Of a stretch of DNA of 64,000 bases, positions 42,691 to 51,283 are shown piece by piece. Origin of the DNA: Bacteroidales bacterium (GTDB taxonomy: Bacteria; Bacteroidota; Bacteroidia; Bacteroidales; VadinHA17); assembly GCA_034679225.1 (NCBI GenBank), contig JAXDBC010000038.1:10595-74594 (forward strand), written 5' to 3'. The number at the start of each line of letters is the position of its first letter. Positions within the stretch are counted from its first letter, which is position 1. Position numbers and translations under genes: made by a program. A model generated the notes under the pieces. The model worked only from the letters and a program-made list of their open reading frames with translations. It ran no database searches and was not told where the DNA came from.

Positions 42691-45600
42691 CTACAAACCA
42701 AGGCTGATTCCGAACATTAGCTGTTTTGAAGTCGGCCATGAGCCATTATCCAGACCCATTCCATCGCCTGTTCTGTATAATTCGGGATCGAGTCCGCTGT
42801 ACCTGGTAAGAGTAAAAAGATTGGTCAGCTGCACATAAAAATTAACGCTCCTTATCTGTGCCTTGCCTACAAAATCTCTCGGAAGTGTATAACCCAGTCT
42901 CAGTGTCTTAAACCTCAGGAAGGAACCATCCTCGACAAAAGCGGAGTTGGAGTTCTGGGAGTTGGCGTCCTGGTCAAGCATGGGAAGTTTTGCATCTGCA
43001 TTATTTTCGAGATGCGGGCTGCCCCATGATTTATAAAGGGCATCCTTGCTTAATCCGCCATTGAACTGGCCATAATCTATCCATCTGCTGACGTAGTTGA
43101 TGATATCATTTCCATAGCTTCCATAGAAGAACATATTCAGGTCAAAATTCCCATAGCCAAGGTCAATATTCAGACCACCGGTCAGATCGGGATGAGGGTT
43201 CCCGATGAATGTCATGTCATTGGGATCTATTATATTATCTGCTCTATCCATCACTCCGTCTCCGTCGGAATCAATTGTCAGCTGGTTCTTGAATTTGAAA
43301 TGACCAGGAACATTGTAACCTGTGTTTCCGAAAGGCTGATGAGCTGCAGCTTCTTCCGCGGTTTGGAAAATACCCTCAACTTCATACCCGTAGAACACCG
43401 GGAAAGGGGTTCCGACATAAGCACGGGTATATTCAACCTGCCGTTCGGATGTTCCCGCGATGTAGCTGACACCCGGAGCAATCTTGGTGATCTCATTCTT
43501 GTAATGCGAGAGTGTCAGTTTCAGGTTATACCTGAATTTGCCGTCCATGGCTGAGTTCCTGTAGCCGAGTTCCAGATCGAAACCCTTGTTTATCATCTCG
43601 GCAATGTTGATAAAAGGCGGCCTTGCAAGGCCCACAACGTTTGGTATTGGCTGCTGGAATAGCATGTCGCTTGTATTTCTCTGCCAGATGTCAAATGCAA
43701 AGGTCATATTGTTATTAAGAAACATGGCATCAACACCCAAGTTCATGGTGGTCGTGGTTTCCCATGTCACGTCGGGGTTACCGAGCGTGGAAGGCTCGAA
43801 TCCGGTTATAGCGGCCGTGTTTGAACCGTCCAGCGCGTAGGAGGCGGTGTATTTGTTGGAACCGTATGTGGAATAGGAGTTATAGTTTCCAATCCTGTCA
43901 TTTCCCGACATCCCCCAGCCTGCTCTCAACTTCAGGAAGTTAAGCCAATTCTGTGAACCCTGCATAAAGCTCTCTTCCGAGAGTGTCCATCCTACTGAAG
44001 CAGCCGGGAAAACACCATACCTGTGGGCGGCGCTAAACCTTGATGAACCGTCGCGACGAATAGTTCCCTCAACAAGATATTTTCCCTTGTAGTCATAGTT
44101 AACTCGTCCGAACAGTGAAAACAATGACCAGGATGAACCTGATCCGGAATTATCCTTATTGATCTCACCGGAGCTGAGCCACATATAACTCGGGTCTTCT
44201 GAAAAATACTGGCTCCTGCTTGCATTTACCCATTCATCCTTGCTTTCGATGGCTTCGGTGCCGAGAACAACATTGAGTTTGTGATCGTTGGCGATTGTAG
44301 TGATGTAGTTAATCGTATTTGTCCAGTTCCATTGCAAGCCAAAGCTGGAACTGATATTATGCCCGTTAACTTTGTTAGGTTCAGAAAACTCAAAATCGGG
44401 GATTGTATAACCCTTATAGTTCCACTGGCCGAAGTTGTAACCAAACAAACTTTTAGCGGTAAGCCCTTTCAGTATTGTAAACTCACCATAAAAGTTCCCC
44501 AGAGCTCTCGCCCACTGGCCCTGATTATTTCTTGCCCTGTAAAGGCCTGCCACAGGATTGGAGCCATTGCCCATTTCAGGGGCTCTTGAACCTGCAAAGT
44601 TTCCGGCGATATCATAAACGGGGATTATAGATTGTGTACGGTATGCATTTGAAATAGGAGTTCCTTCACCGCTTTGGGAAAGGTTGCCATGTTCATTAAT
44701 ATATATTGCCTGCAGTGACTGACCTGCCTTAAACCAGTTATTTACCTGAACGTCGGAATTAACCCTGAAGGTATAACGCTTGAAGTTCGTGTGGATCAGC
44801 AATCCATTTTCATTAAGATAATTACCTGAGAACGCGTAGCTTGACCTGTTTCCGCCCCCGCGTACTGAAAGGTCATATTCCTGGGAAATGCCTTTCCTGT
44901 ATATCTCATCATACCAGTTTGTACCTTCCTTGTTGGCTTTATAAATCGTTTCGTCGGGGTAGCTGTAACGCGACGGATCTACCTGGGGATCGCCTTCCAT
45001 CTTTCCGGCAGGAAGAATATAATCAGGCATAACCGGGGTGGAGCCGTTTCCGTACTGTTGATGTTGCGGCGGAACCCCTCTGTTCTTGAAAGAAAGCCAC
45101 ACGGCTTCCATGTATTCGGTTGGATTAAGAAGATCATACTGGTTTGCACTCATGTGTACTCCTGAGCGGAAGTTGAAGTCGATATTGGCTGCCTGACCTG
45201 CACGACCGCGCTTGGTAGTTATAATAATAACACCGTTTGCGCCCCTGGCTCCGTATATTGCAGCTGAGGCAGCATCCTTAAGTATTGAGATCGATTCAAT
45301 GTCGTTTGCGCTGATGTTATTGCCTGTGCTGGTAGGTACACCGTCAATCACGTACAATGGTTCGGAGTCATTTATGGTACCGATACCACGGATCCTGATA
45401 ATGGCATCGCCTCCCGGGCGGTTGGCTGAACTCACGGTAACACCCGAAGCCTGCCCCTGAAGGCGCGACATTACGGAAGGAGCGGGCACAGCAGCCTGAA
45501 GTGCATCGTCCTGAACGGTTGATATGGAACCGGAGAGGTTTTTCCTGACCTGGGTGGTATAACCAACAACCACGATTTCATCAAGGCTGGAAACCGTTTC

Positions 45601-45972
45601 TGCCAGAACAACATTTATGGAAGTCATGCTTCCCACGGTAATCTCCTGGCTTGTATAACCAACGAATGAAAATGAAATAACCGAAGCGGCAGAAGATACT
45701 GTCAGGGAGTAGCCCCCGTCGATGTTCGTGATCGTTCCGTTTGTTGTTCCTTTTTCAATCACGTTGACACCGGGCAGCCCGGCACCCGTGTTATCAGTAA
45801 CACGACCTGCAACAGATATCCTCTGTGGGTCGTCAGAAGGGACACTCCCCGCGTAGGCGGTTGACATAAGAAGTATCCACACCATTGGCAGAATTGCCAT
45901 CTGTTTCAGGGCCAATCCCGGTGTTTTCAGGACGGACCTTAGAAAGACAGATGCTTTTTGTTTTTTTGTCAT
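42691..45972 (-). CDS. SusC/RagA-family TonB-dependent outer-membrane transporter
   Basis: 1093 aa, same domain order as 28182-31430, C-terminal FGISLGL. Confidence 0.95.
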   Translation of the reverse strand: MTKKQKASVFLRSVLKTPGLALKQMAILPMVWILLMSTAYAGSVPSDDPQRISVAGRVTDNTGAGLPGVNVIEKGTTNGTITNIDGGYSLTVSSAASVISFSFVGYTSQEITVGSMTSINVVLAETVSSLDEIVVVGYTTQVRKNLSGSISTVQDDALQAAVPAPSVMSRLQGQASGVTVSSANRPGGDAIIRIRGIGTINDSEPLYVIDGVPTSTGNNISANDIESISILKDAASAAIYGARGANGVIIITTKRGRAGQAANIDFNFRSGVHMSANQYDLLNPTEYMEAVWLSFKNRGVPPQHQQYGNGSTPVMPDYILPAGKMEGDPQVDPSRYSYPDETIYKANKEGTNWYDEIYRKGISQEYDLSVRGGGNRSSYAFSGNYLNENGLLIHTNFKRYTFRVNSDVQVNNWFKAGQSLQAIYINEHGNLSQSGEGTPISNAYRTQSIIPVYDIAGNFAGSRAPEMGNGSNPVAGLYRARNNQGQWARALGNFYGEFTILKGLTAKSLFGYNFGQWNYKGYTIPDFEFSEPNKVNGHNISSSFGLQWNWTNTINYITTIANDHKLNVVLGTEAIESKDEWVNASRSQYFSEDPSYMWLSSGEINKDNSGSGSSWSLFSLFGRVNYDYKGKYLVEGTIRRDGSSRFSAAHRYGVFPAASVGWTLSEESFMQGSQNWLNFLKLRAGWGMSGNDRIGNYNSYSTYGSNKYTASYALDGSNTAAITGFEPSTLGNPDVTWETTTTMNLGVDAMFLNNNMTFAFDIWQRNTSDMLFQQPIPNVVGLARPPFINIAEMINKGFDLELGYRNSAMDGKFRYNLKLTLSHYKNEITKIAPGVSYIAGTSERQVEYTRAYVGTPFPVFYGYEVEGIFQTAEEAAAHQPFGNTGYNVPGHFKFKNQLTIDSDGDGVMDRADNIIDPNDMTFIGNPHPDLTGGLNIDLGYGNFDLNMFFYGSYGNDIINYVSRWIDYGQFNGGLSKDALYKSWGSPHLENNADAKLPMLDQDANSQNSNSAFVEDGSFLRFKTLRLGYTLPRDFVGKAQIRSVNFYVQLTNLFTLTRYSGLDPELYRTGDGMGLDNGSWPTSKQLMFGISLGL

Positions 45973-46218
45973 AAGATTTCTTGGTTTAATTTAGTAAAAT
46001 ACTTACAATACCACAATTGTAATAATGCGATTATGAGCTAAAGTTAGAGAGATTGGCAAAACCGGTTTCCCGGCTACCTTACAGGATCATCATGAGGAAT
46101 TAAATGTTTTCATAGTTTCAGGTTTTAGGTGGGTAAATATTAAAATATCATAAAAAAACTAAAAATACTAAAAAAGTTTGATATAAAGAAAAAATATGTT
46201 AAATGTTAGTTTTATTAA

Positions 46219-46312
46219 GTGCGGTCTTGCAGTCCTGCTTGCCCTGAGCCCTGAGCCCTGAGCCCTGAGCCCTGTGCCCTGTGCCCTGTGCCCTGAGCCC
46301 TGAGCCTTCCTG
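46219..46312. repeat. Mixed array: 2-3 octamer units (GTCTTGCA-like) then about 10 heptamers (GAGCCCT/GTGCCCT)
   Basis: gtgcggtcttgcagtcctgcttgccctgagccctgagccctgagccctgagccctgtgccctgtgccctgtgccctgagccctgagcc. Confidence 0.9.
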
Positions 46313-46363
46313 CAACATCCTCGTTGGTTATTTACCCCCTTCCCTCCCGATAGTTATCGGGAT

Positions 46364-46505
46364 TTCCCCCAGGGGTGAAGGAGCAAGAAGATTCTGCTAA
46401 TATTGGAAAGGAATATAAATTGTAATATTTGATATAACAGATTAAGCAGTAACTTTCATAGGAAGAAGCTTTTCCCCCCTGGGGGAAACGGGAAAGGGGG
46501 TGAGT
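46364..46505 (+). repeat. MITE-like 142-bp element, copy 1
   Basis: Termini TTTCCCCCAGGGGTGAAGG ... CTTTTCCCCCCTGGGGGAAA are inverted repeats. Differs at one position from copy 2. Confidence 0.75.
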
Positions 46506-46616
46506 GACTGCAGGGAGGTAACAAAAAAGAGGGTACGTGAATAAGGGGGTTCTGAGGTCTTTTTGTAATTATTTAATCACCTGTAGTTCCCTGCCGGTTA
46601 TACCCCCTTCCCAACC

Positions 46617-46758
46617 TTCCCCCAGGGGTGAAGGAGCAAGAAGATTCTGCTAATATTGGAAAGGAATACAAATTGTAATATTTGATATAACAGATTAAGC
46701 AGTAACTTTCATAGGAAGAAGCTTTTCCCCCCTGGGGGAAACGGGAAAGGGGGTGAGT
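46617..46758 (+). repeat. MITE-like 142-bp element, copy 2
   Basis: Direct repeat of 46364-46505 at a 253-bp offset. Confidence 0.75.
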
Positions 46759-46883
46759 AAATGCGGGGAGCTCCCGATAGCTATCGGGACGGGATGGAAA
46801 GGGGGTATGTGACTGCAGGGGATAACAGTAAATAGGGTAAATGAATGCAGTGTGAAACAAGAATGCGGGTGAGTGAAAGTAAG

Positions 46884-46988
46884 AGGTTCGAGGTTTAGCG
46901 TTCAGCGCAGAAAGTTGACCTTGCGCCTTGTGACTTGAACCTTGCGGTATTTGCTAATTGTAAATTGCTAATTGCAAATTGCAATTGA
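46884..46988. repeat. Drifting heptad mosaic (15 units; the 7-nt phase is kept while the unit sequence changes)
   Basis: aggttcg aggttta gcgttca gcgcaga aagttga ccttgcg ccttgtg acttgaa ccttgcg gtatttg ctaattg taaattg ctaattg caaattg caattga. Confidence 0.8.
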
Positions 46989-47063
46989 GTCATATTTTAC
47001 ATTTTTAACTCTTAATTAGCATAATTAATAGTAATTTTGCAGTCCTGATTTTATAAAAATCTG

Positions 47064-47924
47064 ATGGTTGCCGATTTTTACAATGATTCGCTGAATGCAA
47101 GATGTTCCATCCCACCCCTTGTAAACAGGAAGGCCAAATCCAATCCCACGAAGGTCATTGCCGGAGGAATATGCTTTGGAGGGGATGAAGTTGTTATAAT
47201 TGCCGGACCATGTGCTGTTGAGAATCACGCACAGCTTTCCGAGACTGCCGGGATAGTTAAGTCCGGAGGAGCATCCATGCTCAGGGGCGGGGCTTTCAAG
47301 CCAAGGTCGTCTCCCTATAATTTTCAGGGACTGGGTCAGGAAGGAGTATTAATGCTTAAAGAAATAAGCCGCGTTAACGCTATTCCATTCGTGACGGAAG
47401 TAATGGATACCCGCCAGGTGGAATTTGTTGCACAGCATGCCGACATGCTGCAGATTGGCTCACGGAACATGCAGAACTATCCGCTTCTAAAGGAAGCAGG
47501 AATGTCGCGCAAGCCTATCCTCCTGAAGAGGGGCATGATGGCCACTATAGAGGAATTCCTGCTTGCCGCGGAATATATCCTCAGCCAGGGCAACGACCAG
47601 GTGATACTTTGCGAGCGCGGGATCCGCACTTTTGAACCCACCACCAGGAACACCCTCGACCTCAATGCAGTTCCCATGCTCAAGTATATGTCACATCTCC
47701 CGGTGATAGTCGACCCGAGTCACGGAACAGGTCACAGCTGGATGGTTCCGACCATGGCACGGGCTGCTGTTGCAGCCGGTGCCGACGGCCTAATCATGGA
47801 AGTGCATTACAAGCCCGGCGAAGCTCTCTGCGACGGCTACCAGTCGCTTGATCCCGACGACTTCAGACAGCTTATGACAAGCCTGAGAAAAGTTGCAGAG
47901 GCGACGGGCAGGAAGATTCTGTAA
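47064..47924 (+). CDS. 3-deoxy-7-phosphoheptulonate (DAHP) synthase, KDO8PS-like type I-beta
   Basis: VIIAGPCAVEN, LRGGAFKPRSSPY, DPSHGTG motifs. TAatTTTG box at 47032-47039. Confidence 0.88.
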   Translation: MVADFYNDSLNARCSIPPLVNRKAKSNPTKVIAGGICFGGDEVVIIAGPCAVENHAQLSETAGIVKSGGASMLRGGAFKPRSSPYNFQGLGQEGVLMLKEISRVNAIPFVTEVMDTRQVEFVAQHADMLQIGSRNMQNYPLLKEAGMSRKPILLKRGMMATIEEFLLAAEYILSQGNDQVILCERGIRTFEPTTRNTLDLNAVPMLKYMSHLPVIVDPSHGTGHSWMVPTMARAAVAAGADGLIMEVHYKPGEALCDGYQSLDPDDFRQLMTSLRKVAEATGRKIL

Positions 47925-48002
47925 CAATTCTTTATTCAGTTCTTAAGGAACGCGGCCGGCTTTAACCTCTGAAGCTTCAGCTAAAGAAGGTTGCCGGTGA
48001 TT

Positions 48003-48658
48003 TTATGCAGAAATGGATCTCTTCCATACTTTAAGTCCGGCGAACGACATTACAAGGTACACCGCGTAGAGAATAACCGTGGGATAAAGCCCCCGCGTAA
48101 CGAAGATCATCACGGACGCGGCATTTACAGCGATCCAGAGGTACCAGTGTTCATATATCTTTCTTGCAAGCATCCAGGTTGCTATTGCCGACAGTGCTGT
48201 TATGAAGGAATCCCATCCCGGCACAGGTGAATCGGTAAACCTCGACAGGATAAACCAGATACCGGAATACGACAAAATGAACACAGCAGTGAGCACTAAA
48301 CCTGTTAACAATTTTAACCTCGTTACCTGAAGTCCCCCGGACTCCGCGCCCTGTGCCCTGTGCCCTGTGCCCCGTGCCCTGAGCCCTGTGCCCCGTGCCC
48401 CGTGCCCTGTGCCCCGCGCCCTGTGCCCTTCACCCACCAATACCATCCTATGCAGCTCATAGCCAGGTAGTATCCCTGAAGGCTCATATCAGCATAGAAC
48501 TTGCTTGTAAAAAAAACAACAATATAAACGGCGCTGGTTACTATGCCAACCGGCCACAACCATATATTCTGTCTTATCTCGAGAAACACGTAGATTATGC
48601 CGCTTAAGGCTCCGAATATCTCTATCCAGTTTGTTGCTATCCAGACGTTAATGCTCAT
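48003..48658 (-). pseudogene. PnuC-family (PnuT-like, thiamine-regulon) transporter split into two frames by a heptamer array
   Basis: 48323-48658 encodes the N-terminal TMs (...CIGWYWWVKG). 48003-48446 encodes the C-terminal TMs in a different frame. Both frames are open across the 84-nt array. Confidence 0.8.
48346..48429. repeat. Heptamer tandem array (12 units, GTGCCCT/GTGCCCC/GAGCCCT/GCGCCCT) inside the pnuT-like gene
   Basis: Read directly. The sense strand is (AGGGCAC)-type G3N4 repeats. Confidence 0.95.
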
Positions 48659-48662
48659 ATCA

Positions 48663-51086
48663 TCAGAATTCCAGTCCCAGCCTCAGCATAAAATTGGTTC
48701 CTGCCTGGGGAAAATAATATGCCCAGCTAAGTTCCTTTCCGTCTTCAAACCAGTTGCCTCCATATGCATTGCTCACATATCTTGCATTGAAGACATTGTT
48801 TACAAGAAGTTGAATACCGGCGCTCCTGAGGTTTTTAATCACCGGTTCGAAATCGATCATAATGTCGCTGACCATGTATGGATCCAGCATCCTTTCACTG
48901 TTCATGGTGTTGTCGAAATACTGCTTCCCGACATATTTTGTAATGAAATGCAGTTTCAGGGAAGGGAGGATATTTGCATACAGATTGCTGCTTCCTGTAA
49001 TTGAAGGCGAGTAGGCTATATCAACCTTACCGAGATGAAGGCTCTTGTATTCCTCCGACCAGTCGGATGTATTATAATCAATATAATGCTCTACAAAATC
49101 AACTATCTTGTTGCTGCTCAGTGTCAGGTTCAAATCGAGACCGATGAAATCTGCCGGTTTGAAGCCTGCTGTCAGTTCGGCTCCTATCCGGTAGCTTTTT
49201 TCGACATTTGTCATTATTGAATAGCCCACATTGCTTAGTTCGCCCGTCGGCACCAACTGGTCGCGATACAGCATTCCGTACAGGTTGAGCCCTGCCGAGC
49301 TCTTTGCCGCTCTTACAACATAGCCGGCCTCAATGTCGTAAAGCCGCTCAGGTTTTGGTGTTGCCTCACTGTCGCCCGAAGCCTCCTTGAAATCGGTTCG
49401 TGTCGGTTCCCTGTTAGCCACCGACAACGAAAGGAAAGCCTCCTGTCCTGGAAAGAGCCTGAGGAAGAGTCCTGCCTTAGGATTGAAAAAATGGAATTCA
49501 TGAGTCTGCCCGATATCCTTTAGATCGTCGTCTTCGCCCCTGAGCGAGTAGTTGACATGCCTGTACTGAAGGTCGCCAAAAGCCGACAGTTTATCTGTTA
49601 ATGAATAGTTTATCTTCCCGTAAAGGCTTGCTTCCTTTTTTTCACCATTGTTGAAATACCATTGATAATTGTTCTCCGCTGATCCGGGGTATCTCGTCCA
49701 GATAATCCTTCCATAATGGTCGCCTGAATAGAGATTAATTCCGCCTCCGATCTTTGAGTCAATTTTATCTTTACGGTAATTCAGCGACCAGACAAGTCCG
49801 TGAAAACCGTTTGACATCCATTTTCTCCGGATCAGGTCGGTTTCATCCATTGTAAGGCTTCCGATGGTCACTTCCGGAAGGCCGTATTTGCTGTACTTTT
49901 CATCCTCCCTGAACTCTTCGTAATAGCCTTTGCCGTAAGTATAGTGAAGGGCGGAATTTAAGGAAACAAAATCATTTATTTTCCTGCCGAATATCAGGTG
50001 ATAGTGATTCTGGGTGTAGTTATCGCTTTCGTTGTCATAATAATGCACCTTTCCCAGGTCATCGGAGTATTCTCCGGCCGGATTATAACGTCTGTCGATG
50101 TTAAGCATCTCTTTCGGCACTCCCCACCATCCTATCCCTGTTTTTTCCTTTCCAAGTATAACATTAGCTTTTATAAGCGATTTTCCAGTCCGGAACAGAG
50201 CGCTGAACAAGGCCGAATTATGTTCCGATCCTGTTCTGGCAATATATCCATTGCTTCTAAGATCGGACCAGCGCATCTGGAATGCAAACCTCTCTTTCAG
50301 CAATCCTGTTCCGGCTGTAATGCTGTTTCTGAAAGTTCCGTAGGAGCCGGCAGCCGAACTGATCCCTGCAAATGGTTCGTTTTCAATACCTTTAGTTTGG
50401 ATGTTTATTGAAGCCCCGAAGGCACCGGCCCCGTTAGATGAAGTTCCCACTCCTCTCTGTACCTGAATATTGTCGACAGAGGAAGCCAGGTCGGGCAGGT
50501 CGACCCAGAAGACCTGTTGCGATTCGGGATCATTTAGGGGAATTCCGTCAATGGTGACATTTATCCTTGAAGCATCGGTTCCCCTTATCCTCAGACTGGT
50601 ATATCCGATTCCGTTTCCAGATTCCGATGTCCCGACAAATGAAGGTGTAAGATTCAAAAGAAAAGGTATTCCCTGGCCGGAATTATTTTTTTCCAGTTTT
50701 TCTCCCGTCACATTTGAATAAGCGAGCGGAGTTTGTTCCCCGGCCCTTGTCGCGCTTATTATGACATCGTTGGTTACAATGGTTTTCAGTCGCAGACTCA
50801 CATCCTCTTTCATATCTCCTGTCACATGTATCTCCCTGATCTGTGTTTCATATCCCATGAAGGAATATCTCAGGGTGTAATACCCGGATTTAAGTCGTGC
50901 GAGCATGTAGTTCCCGGAGGCATCGGTATGGACACCGGTAAAAGTTCCCTCAATAATCACGGCGGCACCCGCGAGTGCTTCGCCAGCAGAGTCGGTAACT
51001 TTGCCGCTGAGGCTCTGGCCTGTCATATGAAAGGAAAAGGAACCCAGCAGAATAAGTGACGACAGAAAAAGCAGTTTTTTCCTCAT
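48663..51086 (-). CDS. TonB-dependent receptor (thiamine-regulon outer-membrane transporter type)
   Basis: 807 aa, CarboxypepD_reg N-terminus, plug, C-terminal ...LRLGLEF. Preceded by a TPP riboswitch and followed 4 nt later by the pnuT-like gene. Confidence 0.9.
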   Translation of the reverse strand: MRKKLLFLSSLILLGSFSFHMTGQSLSGKVTDSAGEALAGAAVIIEGTFTGVHTDASGNYMLARLKSGYYTLRYSFMGYETQIREIHVTGDMKEDVSLRLKTIVTNDVIISATRAGEQTPLAYSNVTGEKLEKNNSGQGIPFLLNLTPSFVGTSESGNGIGYTSLRIRGTDASRINVTIDGIPLNDPESQQVFWVDLPDLASSVDNIQVQRGVGTSSNGAGAFGASINIQTKGIENEPFAGISSAAGSYGTFRNSITAGTGLLKERFAFQMRWSDLRSNGYIARTGSEHNSALFSALFRTGKSLIKANVILGKEKTGIGWWGVPKEMLNIDRRYNPAGEYSDDLGKVHYYDNESDNYTQNHYHLIFGRKINDFVSLNSALHYTYGKGYYEEFREDEKYSKYGLPEVTIGSLTMDETDLIRRKWMSNGFHGLVWSLNYRKDKIDSKIGGGINLYSGDHYGRIIWTRYPGSAENNYQWYFNNGEKKEASLYGKINYSLTDKLSAFGDLQYRHVNYSLRGEDDDLKDIGQTHEFHFFNPKAGLFLRLFPGQEAFLSLSVANREPTRTDFKEASGDSEATPKPERLYDIEAGYVVRAAKSSAGLNLYGMLYRDQLVPTGELSNVGYSIMTNVEKSYRIGAELTAGFKPADFIGLDLNLTLSSNKIVDFVEHYIDYNTSDWSEEYKSLHLGKVDIAYSPSITGSSNLYANILPSLKLHFITKYVGKQYFDNTMNSERMLDPYMVSDIMIDFEPVIKNLRSAGIQLLVNNVFNARYVSNAYGGNWFEDGKELSWAYYFPQAGTNFMLRLGLEF

Positions 51087-51109
51087 CTCTGTATCAGTTA
51101 AAACTATAT

Positions 51110-51205
51110 ACCGGGTGCATTTGTTCCCTACGCCGGCATTACCCGGATCAGGTGCAAGGGTATGATCTCAGCCCGTAATAATAAGGCACCCCGTAAATGA
51201 CGATG
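51110..51205 (-). promoter_or_regulatory. TPP (THI-box) riboswitch
   Basis: The minus strand reads CAUUUACGGGGUGCC...GGGCUGAGAUCAUACCCUUGCACCUGAUCCGGGUAAUGCCGGCGUAGGGAACAAAUG. It shows the canonical CUGAGA, ACCUGAUC.GG.UAAUGCC.GCGUAGGGAA core and a CAUUU/AAAUG P1, about 25 nt before the ATG at 51086. Confidence 0.9.
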
Positions 51206-51283
51206 TAAAGTTACATCTTTTAAGGGAAAGATAACAATCAATTACATTTTTTGTTAAATTGCCATTTAAAAGCGGGTATCCGT

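Noticed and set aside
28182-45972. The convergent SusC/SusD paralogues as inverted repeats of an invertible or recombining segment
   Set aside because: The similarity is at the protein-motif level only. I see no long nucleotide-identical stretches or a recombinase gene.
46364-46758. CRISPR array
   Set aside because: Only two direct repeats, each 142 bp with terminal inverted repeats, 111-bp spacing, no cas genes, and a third inverted copy elsewhere. This is not CRISPR architecture.
46573-46860. 95-aa minus-strand ORF over the second MITE-like copy
   Set aside because: It consists of repeat sequence (Pro/Gly/Ser-rich) and the frame is not preserved across the first copy.
47969-47980. Perfect 12-bp palindrome CTGAAGCTTCAG between the convergent DAHP synthase and pnuT-like genes as a terminator
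   Set aside because: The stem is short, AT/GC-mixed and has no flanking T or A run. It is more likely chance (it contains a HindIII-type AAGCTT core).
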